Assembly (NCBI GenBank): GCA_965207225.1
Contig: CBDBLV010000002.1
Location: 32,001 to 96,000 of the forward strand
Direction of reading: 5' to 3'
DNA: 64,000 nt
Origin: Dehalococcoidia bacterium
Lineage (GTDB): Bacteria > Chloroflexota > Dehalococcoidia > Plut-88900
Shown here: positions 1 to 9,771 of the stretch, piece by piece
How the letters are laid out: every line of letters starts with the position of its first letter
Numbering within the stretch: the stretch's first letter is position 1
Translations under genes and position numbers: made by a program
The notes under the pieces: model-generated
Told to the model about the DNA's origin: nothing
The model's input: the letters and a program-made list of their open reading frames with translations, nothing else
Databases searched by the model: none

Positions 1-1821
1 CTCGGGGGGCCGGTGTATACGCTGGACTATTATGTTGAGAAGGCCAAGAGATTCCAGGAGATGGGGGCGGACAGCATCTGCATCAAAGACATGAGCGGTC
101 TTCTAGGGCCCTACGATGCGTACGACCTAGTCAGGGCACTGAAAGCCAACCTGGACGTACCAGTGCAGCTGCATAGTCATCACACGAGCGGGATGGCCTC
201 CATGTCGGCGTTGAAGGCGATAGAGGCGGGAGTTGACGTGCTGGACACGTCGCTTTCGCCTTTGGCGATGAGATCGTCGCACCCATCGATGGAGTCGATG
301 ATGGCGGCGCTTCACGGTACGGAGCGGTATCCCGAACTGGATATCTCAGGGGCCCAGGAGGTATGCAACCACCTGGAATCCGTGTACCCAAAGTACAGGG
401 AATACATGCGCAGGGACAGGTTGGCGACGACTGACACGTCGGTGATCCACCACCAGGTCCCGGGTGGCATGTTGAGCAATTTGGAGTCTCAGCTCCGGCA
501 GGCGGATGCACTAGACAGGTTGGGAGAGGTACAGGAAGAGCTGGCAAGGACGAGGGCCGATCTCGGGTATCCGCCCCTGGTGACGCCTACGAGCCAGATA
601 ATCGGGACGCAGGCCGTGCAGAATGTGCTCTTCGGCCGATACAAGACGATTTCCACGCAGGTAAAGGACTACGTATACGGGCTTTACGGCAAGCCGCCTG
701 CGCCCATCGACCCCAAACTGGTGAAACGCATACTGAAGGACTATCCCGATGGGCAGACGCCAGTGACCCGGCGGCCGGCAGACGGGATGAAGGGTGAAAT
801 GGAGGAAGCGAGAAGGGAAGTGGGGGGGCTAGGGAAGTGCGAAGAGGATATACTTACCTATGCGCTGTTCCCCTCCACGGGGATGCAGTTCCTGAAATGG
901 AAGTACGGGGTGGAAACAGCACCGGACTCGGTGAGGCCGAGGACGTTGGAAGAAGTAGAAGCGGAGGATAAACTAATTGAGGACGTCAAGGAGGGAAAGT
1001 TGACACCGCAAGGCACCGGGGGCCGGAGATCATATACCGTATGGGTAGATGATGAGCAGTTCAGTGTTGTGATTGAGCCGTCGTCCGGAGGCGCTTCGGT
1101 GGCCTCTGCGATGCCATCGGCGCCCAACAGGCTGCGGCCCCAAGTTCCACCACCGCCATCATCGATGCCGGCCCAGGCGGCAGCTCCACCCAGGCCTGCT
1201 GCGGCAGCCCCACCGCCACCGAGGCCCACACCTGTTGCAACGGCCGGGGTCGGGGGTGGGGGGACGATCGTGTCCCCTATGCCGGGCACGGTAATCAGGT
1301 ACCTGGTTGAGGCAGGAGCGAAGGTTAAGGCGGGCGAGGCCGTGGTGCTGATCGAGACGATGAAGATGGAGAATTCCCTTCCGGCGCCGATAGACGGCAA
1401 GGTGGCGTCACTCCCGTGTCAGCCGGGACAGGCGGTGGGAAAGGGTGAGGTGCTGGTAGTTATAGAAGGGTCGGGTCGGGAGAGCGCACCTTCGCCCGCC
1501 CAGACGCCGATACCGGCGGCTCCTCCGCCTCCGACACCGGTCGCTTCAGCAACCCCCGCGAGTCCGCCGCCTGTTGGTGCAGCTCCAGCGGGCGAGGAGT
1601 CGGGGGAGGGGACGGCCATCGTGGCGCCGATGCCGGGAACGGTCATACGCAATCTCGTTGAGGAGGGTGCAGAAGTGAAGGCGGGAGAAGCGGTGATACT
1701 TATCGAGACGATGAAAATGGAGAACTCGCTTCCTTCTCCGGTAGATGGGACAGTGCTGTCCTTGCCATGCAGTGGGGGCCAGGTGGTGAGCAAGGGCGAG
1801 GTGCTGGCGCGGATCGGGTAG
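1..1821 (+). CDS. pycB: Pyruvate carboxylase subunit B / oxaloacetate decarboxylase alpha-like carboxyltransferase, 5'-truncated by the window, with two C-terminal biotinyl domains
   Basis: SICIKDMSG, LHSH, HQVPGGMLSN and LGYPPLVTPTSQ carboxyltransferase motifs; two ETMKMEN biotin-attachment motifs joined by Pro/Ala linkers; frame open to base 1. Confidence 0.85.
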   Translation, partial: LGGPVYTLDYYVEKAKRFQEMGADSICIKDMSGLLGPYDAYDLVRALKANLDVPVQLHSHHTSGMASMSALKAIEAGVDVLDTSLSPLAMRSSHPSMESMMAALHGTERYPELDISGAQEVCNHLESVYPKYREYMRRDRLATTDTSVIHHQVPGGMLSNLESQLRQADALDRLGEVQEELARTRADLGYPPLVTPTSQIIGTQAVQNVLFGRYKTISTQVKDYVYGLYGKPPAPIDPKLVKRILKDYPDGQTPVTRRPADGMKGEMEEARREVGGLGKCEEDILTYALFPSTGMQFLKWKYGVETAPDSVRPRTLEEVEAEDKLIEDVKEGKLTPQGTGGRRSYTVWVDDEQFSVVIEPSSGGASVASAMPSAPNRLRPQVPPPPSSMPAQAAAPPRPAAAAPPPPRPTPVATAGVGGGGTIVSPMPGTVIRYLVEAGAKVKAGEAVVLIETMKMENSLPAPIDGKVASLPCQPGQAVGKGEVLVVIEGSGRESAPSPAQTPIPAAPPPPTPVASATPASPPPVGAAPAGEESGEGTAIVAPMPGTVIRNLVEEGAEVKAGEAVILIETMKMENSLPSPVDGTVLSLPCSGGQVVSKGEVLARIG

Positions 1822-1900
1822 GCGAAAGTTGAAATCAAGTCAGATAACCAGATAGCTTAGACCAGAGGGTGTGACCCAACAAAAGAAGGGGGATTGAACG

Positions 1901-3103
1901 TTGCCGGATGCAAAGGTTATAGAGAAGGCACAGGAGCAGTTCGCGTTGATGCTGGAGCAGCAGCTCGCGAGGGTGGAGCGTATCAAGAACGGGTCCGCTC
2001 GGACGGACTATACGAAGCTGGACAAGGTGGTTATAGGGATACTGGGGGGTGACGGTATCGGGCCGTTCATAGCCGAGGAGGCGCAGATAGTCCTCGAAAA
2101 ACTGCTGTCCGATGCGGTTTCGGCGGGTAAGGTCGAGTTTCGGGTGCTGGAAGGGCTGACTATCGAAAACAGGGCGGCGCATTTGAAGGCGATTCCCGAC
2201 GACGTACTTGCGGCGATCAAAGAATGCCACGTCACCCTGAAGGGCCCGACCACCACGCCGGAGAAGGGTGACGAGTGGCCCAACATCGAGAGTTGCAACG
2301 TGGCGATGAGGAAGGAACTTGACCTCTACGCCAACATCCGGCCAGTACGAATCCCCAAGGAGGGGATCGACTGGACGTTTTTCCGGGAGAACACGGAGGA
2401 CATGTACGCGGTGGGGACGATGGGGGTGAACGTGACGGACGACCTGGCGGTGGACTTCAAGGTGATCACGAGCCCCGGGTCACGACGAATTATCGACGCG
2501 GCTTTCAGATATGCGAAGGACAACGGCAAGAACAGCGTAACGGTGGTTACGAAGGCCAACGTGGTGAAGACCACGGACGGCAAATTCCTGGACATGGCCC
2601 GGGAAGTGGCCAAGGACTACCCGGACATTGACTGGGAAGGCTGGTACATCGACATCATGACGGCCAAGCTGATCGACCCGAAGCGCCGACAGAACTTCCA
2701 GGTGCTGGTACTGCCCAACCTGTACGGGGACATTCTCACGGACGAGGCGGCGGAGATGCAGGGAGGCGTCGGGACGGCGGGGAGCGCGAACGTCGGGGAC
2801 GAGTACGCGATGTTCGAAGCGATCCACGGGAGTGCGCCCAGGATGGTGAAGACGGGTCGGGCGAAATACGCAGACCCGAGCTCGATGATCCGGGCCGGTG
2901 CGATGCTAATGGAGCACATCGGCTACCGAGAACTGGGGCAGAAGCTGAACAAGGCCCTGGACGTCTGCGGACAGTACGAGCGGCGGCTGGTGATGACGGG
3001 TCGGGACACGGGGGCCACGGGCAAGGAGTTCGGGGAGTACCTGGTATCGACGGTGAACGATCCGGACCTGGAAGCCAAGTGGGAGAAGCTGGTCTACGCG
3101 TAG
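1901..3103 (+). CDS. icd: Isocitrate/isopropylmalate family dehydrogenase, probably isocitrate dehydrogenase
   Basis: GDGIGP, LKGPTTTP, KANVVK, NLYGDILTDEAA and FEAIHGSAP motifs; adjacent to mdh. Confidence 0.85.
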   Translation: MPDAKVIEKAQEQFALMLEQQLARVERIKNGSARTDYTKLDKVVIGILGGDGIGPFIAEEAQIVLEKLLSDAVSAGKVEFRVLEGLTIENRAAHLKAIPDDVLAAIKECHVTLKGPTTTPEKGDEWPNIESCNVAMRKELDLYANIRPVRIPKEGIDWTFFRENTEDMYAVGTMGVNVTDDLAVDFKVITSPGSRRIIDAAFRYAKDNGKNSVTVVTKANVVKTTDGKFLDMAREVAKDYPDIDWEGWYIDIMTAKLIDPKRRQNFQVLVLPNLYGDILTDEAAEMQGGVGTAGSANVGDEYAMFEAIHGSAPRMVKTGRAKYADPSSMIRAGAMLMEHIGYRELGQKLNKALDVCGQYERRLVMTGRDTGATGKEFGEYLVSTVNDPDLEAKWEKLVYA

Positions 3104-3209
3104 TTGCGGGCTTCGGTCCTGATGGAGAACGGGATATAGGAACCTTAGTGACCCGCGCTCTCAGGGATGGGAGCACACCAAACAAGATAGAGAAGGTCGG
3201 AAAGGGTAA

Positions 3210-4151
<942 letters not shown>

Positions 4152-4182
4152 TCGGGCTACGACTTCCTTCTCTGAAGACTAA

Positions 4183-4220
4183 AGAAGCCGCGCGAAGGGT
4201 CAGGCCTTCGCGCGGCTTCT
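4183..4220. terminator. Probable bidirectional intrinsic terminator between the convergent mdh and pfkB-family genes
   Basis: Perfect 16-bp stem AGAAGCCGCGCGAAGG / CCTTCGCGCGGCTTCT with a 6-nt loop. Confidence 0.75.
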
Positions 4221-4285
4221 CGTTCTAGGGTGATCTTGGGACGTTGTTTGTTGAATGTTGAGACGGTTAAGCTGGCCCACACCCC

Positions 4286-4319
4286 CCGCTCGACCCTTCG
4301 AGTGCCTAAGTGTGAGCGG
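4286..4319. repeat. REP-like family B copy (CCGCTCGACC..TTCGA..GAGCGG)
   Basis: Similar to 6540-6574, 35131-35160 and the reverse copy at 43091-43120. Confidence 0.55.
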
Positions 4320-4339
4320 CCCCGCCCCGAGGAGGGGGG

Positions 4340-5272
4340 TCAGGAGGGAAAGTGGGTTGATAGGCGCTGGTGGAATTCCTCGGGGGTGAAGGTGTATTCC
4401 TGGGTGCCCTGGACTTCGATGGCGAAGGATGCACAGGTTGTGCCGAGGCGGCAGGCCTGCAACAGTGACTGGCCGGTTACGAGGCCCTTGATCAGGCCGC
4501 CTCGGTAGGCGTCTCCGGCGCCGGTGGGGTCGACGAGGGTGTCGAGGCGGGGGATGGAGGGGATGTGGGTCTCTCCGTGGTCGGTGACAATGACGGAGCC
4601 GTGATCGCCCTTGGTAGTGATGATGGTGTCGGTAAGACGGAGGAGGGCGTCGTCGGTCAGCCCGGTAATCTCTTTGATAAGGGCTAGCTCATAGTCGTTG
4701 GAGATGAGGATGTGGGAGCCGCGGATGGCATTGGCCAGTGATTTGGACTCCCATAGAGGAAGGGACTGGCCAGGATCGAAGATGTACCTTATGTCCAGCT
4801 GCCTGAAAAGCTGAGGATATTTGATCATGTCGTCGAGATTACCTGGTCCTATGATGGCGATCGAGTTTCCGGAGTGGGTGTTTTCAAGGGGGAGAGGGGA
4901 GGGGTGGCCCATGGCGCCGGGGTTGAAGGCGGTGATCTGGTTGTCGGCCATGTCGGTGATGATGTGGGCGCAGGCGGTGGCTTCCTCTTCCACGATATGG
5001 ACGGCGCTGCGGTCCAGGCCCTTGTCGTCGAGCCATTTGAAGTAGGGCTGGTAGTCTCTGCCGATGGAGGCAACTATGGTGGGGTGTTCGTCGAGTAGTT
5101 TGAGGGCGTAGGCGATGTTGCCGGCGGTGCCGCCGGGACGTTCGACGATGCCGCTGACGGCGAAGCTGATGTTAATCATGTGGAGCTTATCGGGCATGAT
5201 GTGGTCGGCAAAGCGGCCCGGGAAGTCCATGATGCGGTCGTAGGCGAGGGACCCGGAAACGAAGATTTTCAA
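4340..5272 (-). CDS. PfkB-family carbohydrate kinase (adenosine kinase-like)
   Basis: GSLAYDRIMDFPG, GGTAGNIAY and DPTGAGDAYRGG signature motifs. Confidence 0.9.
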   Translation of the reverse strand: MKIFVSGSLAYDRIMDFPGRFADHIMPDKLHMINISFAVSGIVERPGGTAGNIAYALKLLDEHPTIVASIGRDYQPYFKWLDDKGLDRSAVHIVEEEATACAHIITDMADNQITAFNPGAMGHPSPLPLENTHSGNSIAIIGPGNLDDMIKYPQLFRQLDIRYIFDPGQSLPLWESKSLANAIRGSHILISNDYELALIKEITGLTDDALLRLTDTIITTKGDHGSVIVTDHGETHIPSIPRLDTLVDPTGAGDAYRGGLIKGLVTGQSLLQACRLGTTCASFAIEVQGTQEYTFTPEEFHQRLSTHFPS

Positions 5273-5352
5273 TGAGGACTCCTTTGGGGGGATGGCGTCG
5301 AATTTCGCGTTGATTGGCTGAGAGTGGTGATTGGATTCGGGAAGAGGGGGGC

Positions 5353-6501
5353 TTAAGAGGCGGGGACGGGGTGGGCGGCCTTTTGGAAGTGAGGCATGAC
5401 CTTTTCGGCAAAGAGTTCGATGCTGCGCATGACCTTGGAGTGGGGGATGTAGGGCATGGTCATGTAGGTCATCAGCTCCTGGAGGCCGATGCTTTCGTGT
5501 AGCTCTTCGAGCTTCTCGACGACGTGCTCGGGGGAGCCGATGAGGAGGTTGCGGTCGAAGAGGAGGTCCCAGTCGAGGGTCATGTCGGGGGTTACTTCTT
5601 CGCCGGGATTCATGAAGTTGACCAGGGGCCGGCGGTTCTGGGTCCAGCGGAAGGTCATGAGGACACCGGCCTCTGCGTCGCGTCGGGCTTCTTCCATGGT
5701 GGGGGCTATGTAGGTAGTGCGCATAAGGGCAATGTCTTCACCGGAGGCGAAAGTTCTGCCCTCGGCCTTGGAGCGGGTGTCGGCGTAGAGCTGGAACTTC
5801 TTCTTGAGGAGGGCGGGGGTGGGCTGCCAATTGATCACCTTCATGCCACGCTCGGCGGCGAACTGGATGGAGCGATCGGTGTCGGTGACCTGCCAGAGGG
5901 GCGGGTGGGGCTTCTGGTAGGGCTTGGGAATCATCTGGAGCTTGGTAACGAGGTCGCCTTCGGACCAGCGGGGGTCGGGGGGGCTGAGGGGGTGGTTCCA
6001 GTGGATACCGGGTGCGGGGAAGGTGTAGTTGGGGCCATCGTGGGAGAAGTATTCGTTGGTCCAGGAGTTGATGAGGATGTCCAGGGTCTCTTCAAATAGC
6101 TCACGGTTGGCGTCGGGGTTGGCGGGGTCGGACTTGGGGTGGAAGGCGGAGCCCTCCCGGGAGCGTACGCCGCGACCAACGGCAACGTCGATGCGGCCCT
6201 TGGTCATCTGATCAAGCATGGCGATGTCCTCGGCGAGGCGGATAGGGTGCCAGTAGGGGAGCAGGTTGGCGCCCTGGCCGAGGCGGATGCGGGAGGTGCG
6301 GCAGGCGAGGTCAGCGCACATGAGGACGGGGTTGGGAAGCTGGTCCATGCCCTCGGGGCCCATGTGGTGCTCGCCGACCCAGGCGGAATGGTAACCGGCC
6401 TGCTCACAGAGGACGACTTCCTCGCGCAGGTCATCGATTAGCTGGTGGTAGGGCCTGTGCCCGTTGGGGTCGACGCGGGTGTCGAAGTAGCCGAACTTCA
6501 T
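5353..6501 (-). CDS. LLM-class flavin-dependent oxidoreductase (luciferase-like)
   Basis: WVGEHH, HPIRLAEDIAMLDQ, GRG, PKPYQKPHPP and ELFAEKVMPHF motifs; start taken at MKFG. Confidence 0.9.
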   Translation of the reverse strand: MKFGYFDTRVDPNGHRPYHQLIDDLREEVVLCEQAGYHSAWVGEHHMGPEGMDQLPNPVLMCADLACRTSRIRLGQGANLLPYWHPIRLAEDIAMLDQMTKGRIDVAVGRGVRSREGSAFHPKSDPANPDANRELFEETLDILINSWTNEYFSHDGPNYTFPAPGIHWNHPLSPPDPRWSEGDLVTKLQMIPKPYQKPHPPLWQVTDTDRSIQFAAERGMKVINWQPTPALLKKKFQLYADTRSKAEGRTFASGEDIALMRTTYIAPTMEEARRDAEAGVLMTFRWTQNRRPLVNFMNPGEEVTPDMTLDWDLLFDRNLLIGSPEHVVEKLEELHESIGLQELMTYMTMPYIPHSKVMRSIELFAEKVMPHFQKAAHPVPAS

Positions 6502-6539
6502 GGTGGGAGTATACAACACAGGGACGGATATGCCCCTTC

Positions 6540-6633
6540 CCGCTCGACCTTTCGACTTCGCTCAGGGCGAGCGGCCCCGTGCCGGAAAGGGATAGAACCC
6601 CGCCCCAGATTCCTCGCGGGGCATCGGAATGAC
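6540..6633. repeat. Composite REP-like cluster (family B hairpin 6540-6574; family A 6602-6633)
   Basis: GCCCCAGATTCCTCGCGGGGCATCGGAATGAC at 6602-6633 is identical to 35163-35194. Confidence 0.75.
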
Positions 6634-6751
6634 CGTAAGAATGGCTATCGGGATGGGGGTGAATAGAGGGGTGGCGTTGACATGGGATTGGGGTGGTTGG
6701 TAGGGTGTTTCCGGCTCTGAGAATAAGGCACGGAAAGGCAGGAAATAGTAG

Positions 6752-7786
6752 ATGAGATTCGACTTTAGTGTCGGGATGGGGCGGACTTTGACGCTGGACG
6801 AGGTGGCGACGCATGCACAGTTGGCGGAGGAGTGCGGGTTCAAGCAGATGACACTCATTGATTCGCAGAACTTGTGCCGGGACGTGTATTCGATGATGAC
6901 GGTGGCGGCGGTTAACACGCACAGAATCCACATCGGGCACGGGGTGACTAATCCCTTCACCCGACACCCTTCTGTAACGGCAAACGGGACGGCAACGATC
7001 AATGAACTGTCGGGGGGTCGGGCGTTCCTGGGGATCGGGGCGGGGTTCAGCTCGGTGATGACTATGGGGATGAAGGCGCGGTCGATGGAGGAGTTTCGGA
7101 ACGTAATCGAATTCTTCAAGGGGTACACGGCTGGGAAAGAGGTGGAATATGACGGGGCGCTGATGCACTCGGAGTGGAGCCGGAGGCAGATCCCGGTGTA
7201 CATGGCGACAGTCGGGCCGAGGTCCCTGCGGATGACGGGTGAGCTGGCGGAGGGCGCCATAATGATTGGCGTGAACCCGACGATCCTAAAGTGGAGCCTG
7301 GAGGTGATGGAGAAAGGGGCGGAGAAGGCGAGGAGGTCCCTGGACGACATAGACAAGTGGGCTCGGACGATGATCTACGTTGCGCCTTCCAAGGAGGCGG
7401 CGCGCCGGGAGGTGGCGTCGTATGCGGCGACGTGTGCGTGCGAAATGTACAGGTCGTTATTGAGGCGGGATACGCCGGAGGTGGAGGACCTGCGGAACCG
7501 GATGGAGGAGATGCAGCCGGGCATCGTTGAGGAGATCAAGGCGGTGTACGACGCCTTTGAACCCTATGAGCACGAGCGAACGGACGCAACGCACTCTGCC
7601 GCGGTGTCGCAGAGGGTGATAGACACCTTCATGCTGACGGGGACGCCGGACGACATCGGGGAGGAGATTGAGAAGCTGCACCCTCTGGGGATAGACAACG
7701 TGTCGACGGTGCTGTTTTCGATTATCGACAAGAAGGGGATGATGAGGGAGATCTCGGATAAGGTGATGCCTTACTTCAGGAATTGA
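6752..7786 (+). CDS. LLM-class oxidoreductase (Mer/F420-dependent reductase-like)
   Basis: DSQNLCRDVY, GVTNPFTRHP, ELSGGRAFLGIGAG and GPRSL..GELAEG motifs. Confidence 0.88.
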   Translation: MRFDFSVGMGRTLTLDEVATHAQLAEECGFKQMTLIDSQNLCRDVYSMMTVAAVNTHRIHIGHGVTNPFTRHPSVTANGTATINELSGGRAFLGIGAGFSSVMTMGMKARSMEEFRNVIEFFKGYTAGKEVEYDGALMHSEWSRRQIPVYMATVGPRSLRMTGELAEGAIMIGVNPTILKWSLEVMEKGAEKARRSLDDIDKWARTMIYVAPSKEAARREVASYAATCACEMYRSLLRRDTPEVEDLRNRMEEMQPGIVEEIKAVYDAFEPYEHERTDATHSAAVSQRVIDTFMLTGTPDDIGEEIEKLHPLGIDNVSTVLFSIIDKKGMMREISDKVMPYFRN

Positions 7787-7871
7787 GGTGTAAGGTTCTT
7801 CCAAGGTAGGAGAGGGCGCCGACTGATGGTTCGGCGCTTTTCTCTTTATATGGGGAATGGGAGCCTGCGCG

Positions 7872-7895
7872 AGATCCCTCGCGGGGTCTCGGGAT
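7872..7895. repeat. REP-like family A copy
   Basis: AGATCCCTCGCGGGGTCTCGGGAT, identical to 13451-13474. Confidence 0.7.
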
Positions 7896-7924
7896 TGGAA
7901 GGGGGGAGGGGTGGGTTGACTGGG

Positions 7925-8803
7925 TTAGGCAGGCACTTTGGCGACGAAGCTCTTGGTGTTGACGATGTGGCGGTTGAGGCCCAGGTCTTTGGGGCGTATG
8001 CCGAAGGCGAGGCCTAGCATCTGGGGAAGATGGATGACGGGTAGGCCGATCTGTACCTTCTTCTGTCGGGCGGCCTTGGGTTGGGCACCGTCCAGGTTGA
8101 GGTGGCAGAGGGGACAGGGGGTGACCATGACGTCGGCGCCTTCCTCTTTGGCCTCGATTAGGTGGTTGCCGGTCATGGCGTAGGAGGCCTTTTCGTTCAT
8201 GGTAAGGATGGGGAAGCCGCAGCAGCGGGTCTTGCCGGAGTAGTCAACGGCGATGCCGCCCAGGGTGTTGGTTATCTGCTCGATGTAGGTGTCGCGCTCG
8301 GGGTGGCCTTCGAAGTCGAGGAACATGGTGGGGCGGAGGATGTAGCAGCCGTAGAAGGGTGCGATCTTGACGCCGGTGAGGGGTCGGGTGACTAGGGGTC
8401 CGACCTTGTCGAGGCCGACATCTTCTACGATGACCCAGAGGAGGTGGCTGACCTCAGTAGTGCCCTTGTACTCCAGGCCCTCAAGGGCGAGGGTCTCGTT
8501 GACCTTCGCGAGGTAGTCGGGGTCGTTCTGGAGCTTGTAGTTGGCCTGACTCATGACGCCCTGGCAGGTACTGCAGATGGTCATAAGGGGAAGCCCGAGC
8601 TTCTCTGCCATAGCGAAGGTGCGAGCGTTGAGGGTATCCGAAAGCTCGGGGTTGCGTTCACTGAGGATGCCAGCGCCGGTGCAAGCGGCTTCCTTTAGTT
8701 CGACTAGCTCTATGCCGAGTTTATCTGCAACGGTAAGAGTTGCTTTGAATAGCTCGGGGCAAGCGCCCTGAGAGACGCAACCGGGATACCAGGCGTACTT
8801 CAT
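7925..8803 (-). CDS. CCG-domain HdrB/SdhE-like Fe-S subunit (anchor of a type E succinate dehydrogenase)
   Basis: YPGC, ACTGAG, CSTC, FYGCYILRP, CCGFP and TPCPLC motifs; directly downstream of sdhB. Confidence 0.85.
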   Translation of the reverse strand: MKYAWYPGCVSQGACPELFKATLTVADKLGIELVELKEAACTGAGILSERNPELSDTLNARTFAMAEKLGLPLMTICSTCQGVMSQANYKLQNDPDYLAKVNETLALEGLEYKGTTEVSHLLWVIVEDVGLDKVGPLVTRPLTGVKIAPFYGCYILRPTMFLDFEGHPERDTYIEQITNTLGGIAVDYSGKTRCCGFPILTMNEKASYAMTGNHLIEAKEEGADVMVTPCPLCHLNLDGAQPKAARQKKVQIGLPVIHLPQMLGLAFGIRPKDLGLNRHIVNTKSFVAKVPA

Positions 8804-9750
8804 TATTCGCTTTCCAGCTTTTCAAATATGCGCTTGATCTTGTCGGCGCCGGGGCGCTTGTGGTGTAAGAGGGGCGGCATCTTGCGGGCGAGAAGGGAGC
8901 GCAGGGCGGTGGGGATGAGGCCCAGCAGAGCGCCGACGTTCCTGAAACCGTAAGATTCGACGATGAGGCGCTTTTCGTCGAGCCAGCCGCTGCGTTTGAT
9001 GGAGTTAGAAAAGGACTCGGCGTGTCGGGCGCCGTTGTTGTTGACGAAGCCGTTTTCGACGGCCTTGTGGCGGAGCTCAAGTATCTGGTCCATGGGGGCG
9101 ACGCCCTTGGGACAGACCTGGACGCATTCGAAGCAGTGAGTGCAGTCCCAGATGCCGCCGGGCTGGCCGAGGGTCTGGAGTCTCTCGGCCTGGATCCCGT
9201 CCCGGGGGTCTCCAGCGAAGCGGAGGGCCTTGGCGAGGGCGGCCGGGCCGAGGAAGCGCTTGTCGACTTCGAGGACTGTACAGTCGGAGACGCAGGCGCC
9301 GCACATGATACAGCCCATGACCTGGTTGAGGGCGAGCATGTCGGCGTTGTCGACGATGTACTCGTGGTCGGGGGTGGGTCCGGTGGGGGAGAGCCAGGGT
9401 TGGACTTTACCTATCTTCTCCCAGAAGGGTTTTGCGTCTACGACGAGGTCCTTGACGACGGTAGTGTTGCCTGTGGGTTCGACGACGATGGTGTCGGAGC
9501 GGGCGAGGGCGTCGGTGATCTTGGTGTTGCAGGCGAGGCCGGCATGGCCGTTGACGCGCATGGCGCAGGAGCCGCAGATGGCGCTGCGGCAGGAGCAGCG
9601 GAGGGCGAGAGACTGGTCCTGGTATTCCCGGATCTTGATGAGGGCGTCGAGGACCATCTCGTGCTCGTCACACTCGACCTTGAAGTCTTCGTAGTAGGGC
9701 CCGGAACCCGATTCCCGGTTGAAGCGTTTGATTTTTAAGGCTACTTCCAT
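8803..9750 (-). CDS. sdhB: Succinate dehydrogenase/fumarate reductase Fe-S subunit
   Basis: SCRSAICGSCAM, CIMCGACVSDC and CTHCFECVQVCP motifs. Confidence 0.93.
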   Translation of the reverse strand: MEVALKIKRFNRESGSGPYYEDFKVECDEHEMVLDALIKIREYQDQSLALRCSCRSAICGSCAMRVNGHAGLACNTKITDALARSDTIVVEPTGNTTVVKDLVVDAKPFWEKIGKVQPWLSPTGPTPDHEYIVDNADMLALNQVMGCIMCGACVSDCTVLEVDKRFLGPAALAKALRFAGDPRDGIQAERLQTLGQPGGIWDCTHCFECVQVCPKGVAPMDQILELRHKAVENGFVNNNGARHAESFSNSIKRSGWLDEKRLIVESYGFRNVGALLGLIPTALRSLLARKMPPLLHHKRPGADKIKRIFEKLESE

Positions 9751-9771
9751 AATCTCTGCTTATGAGGTCTG

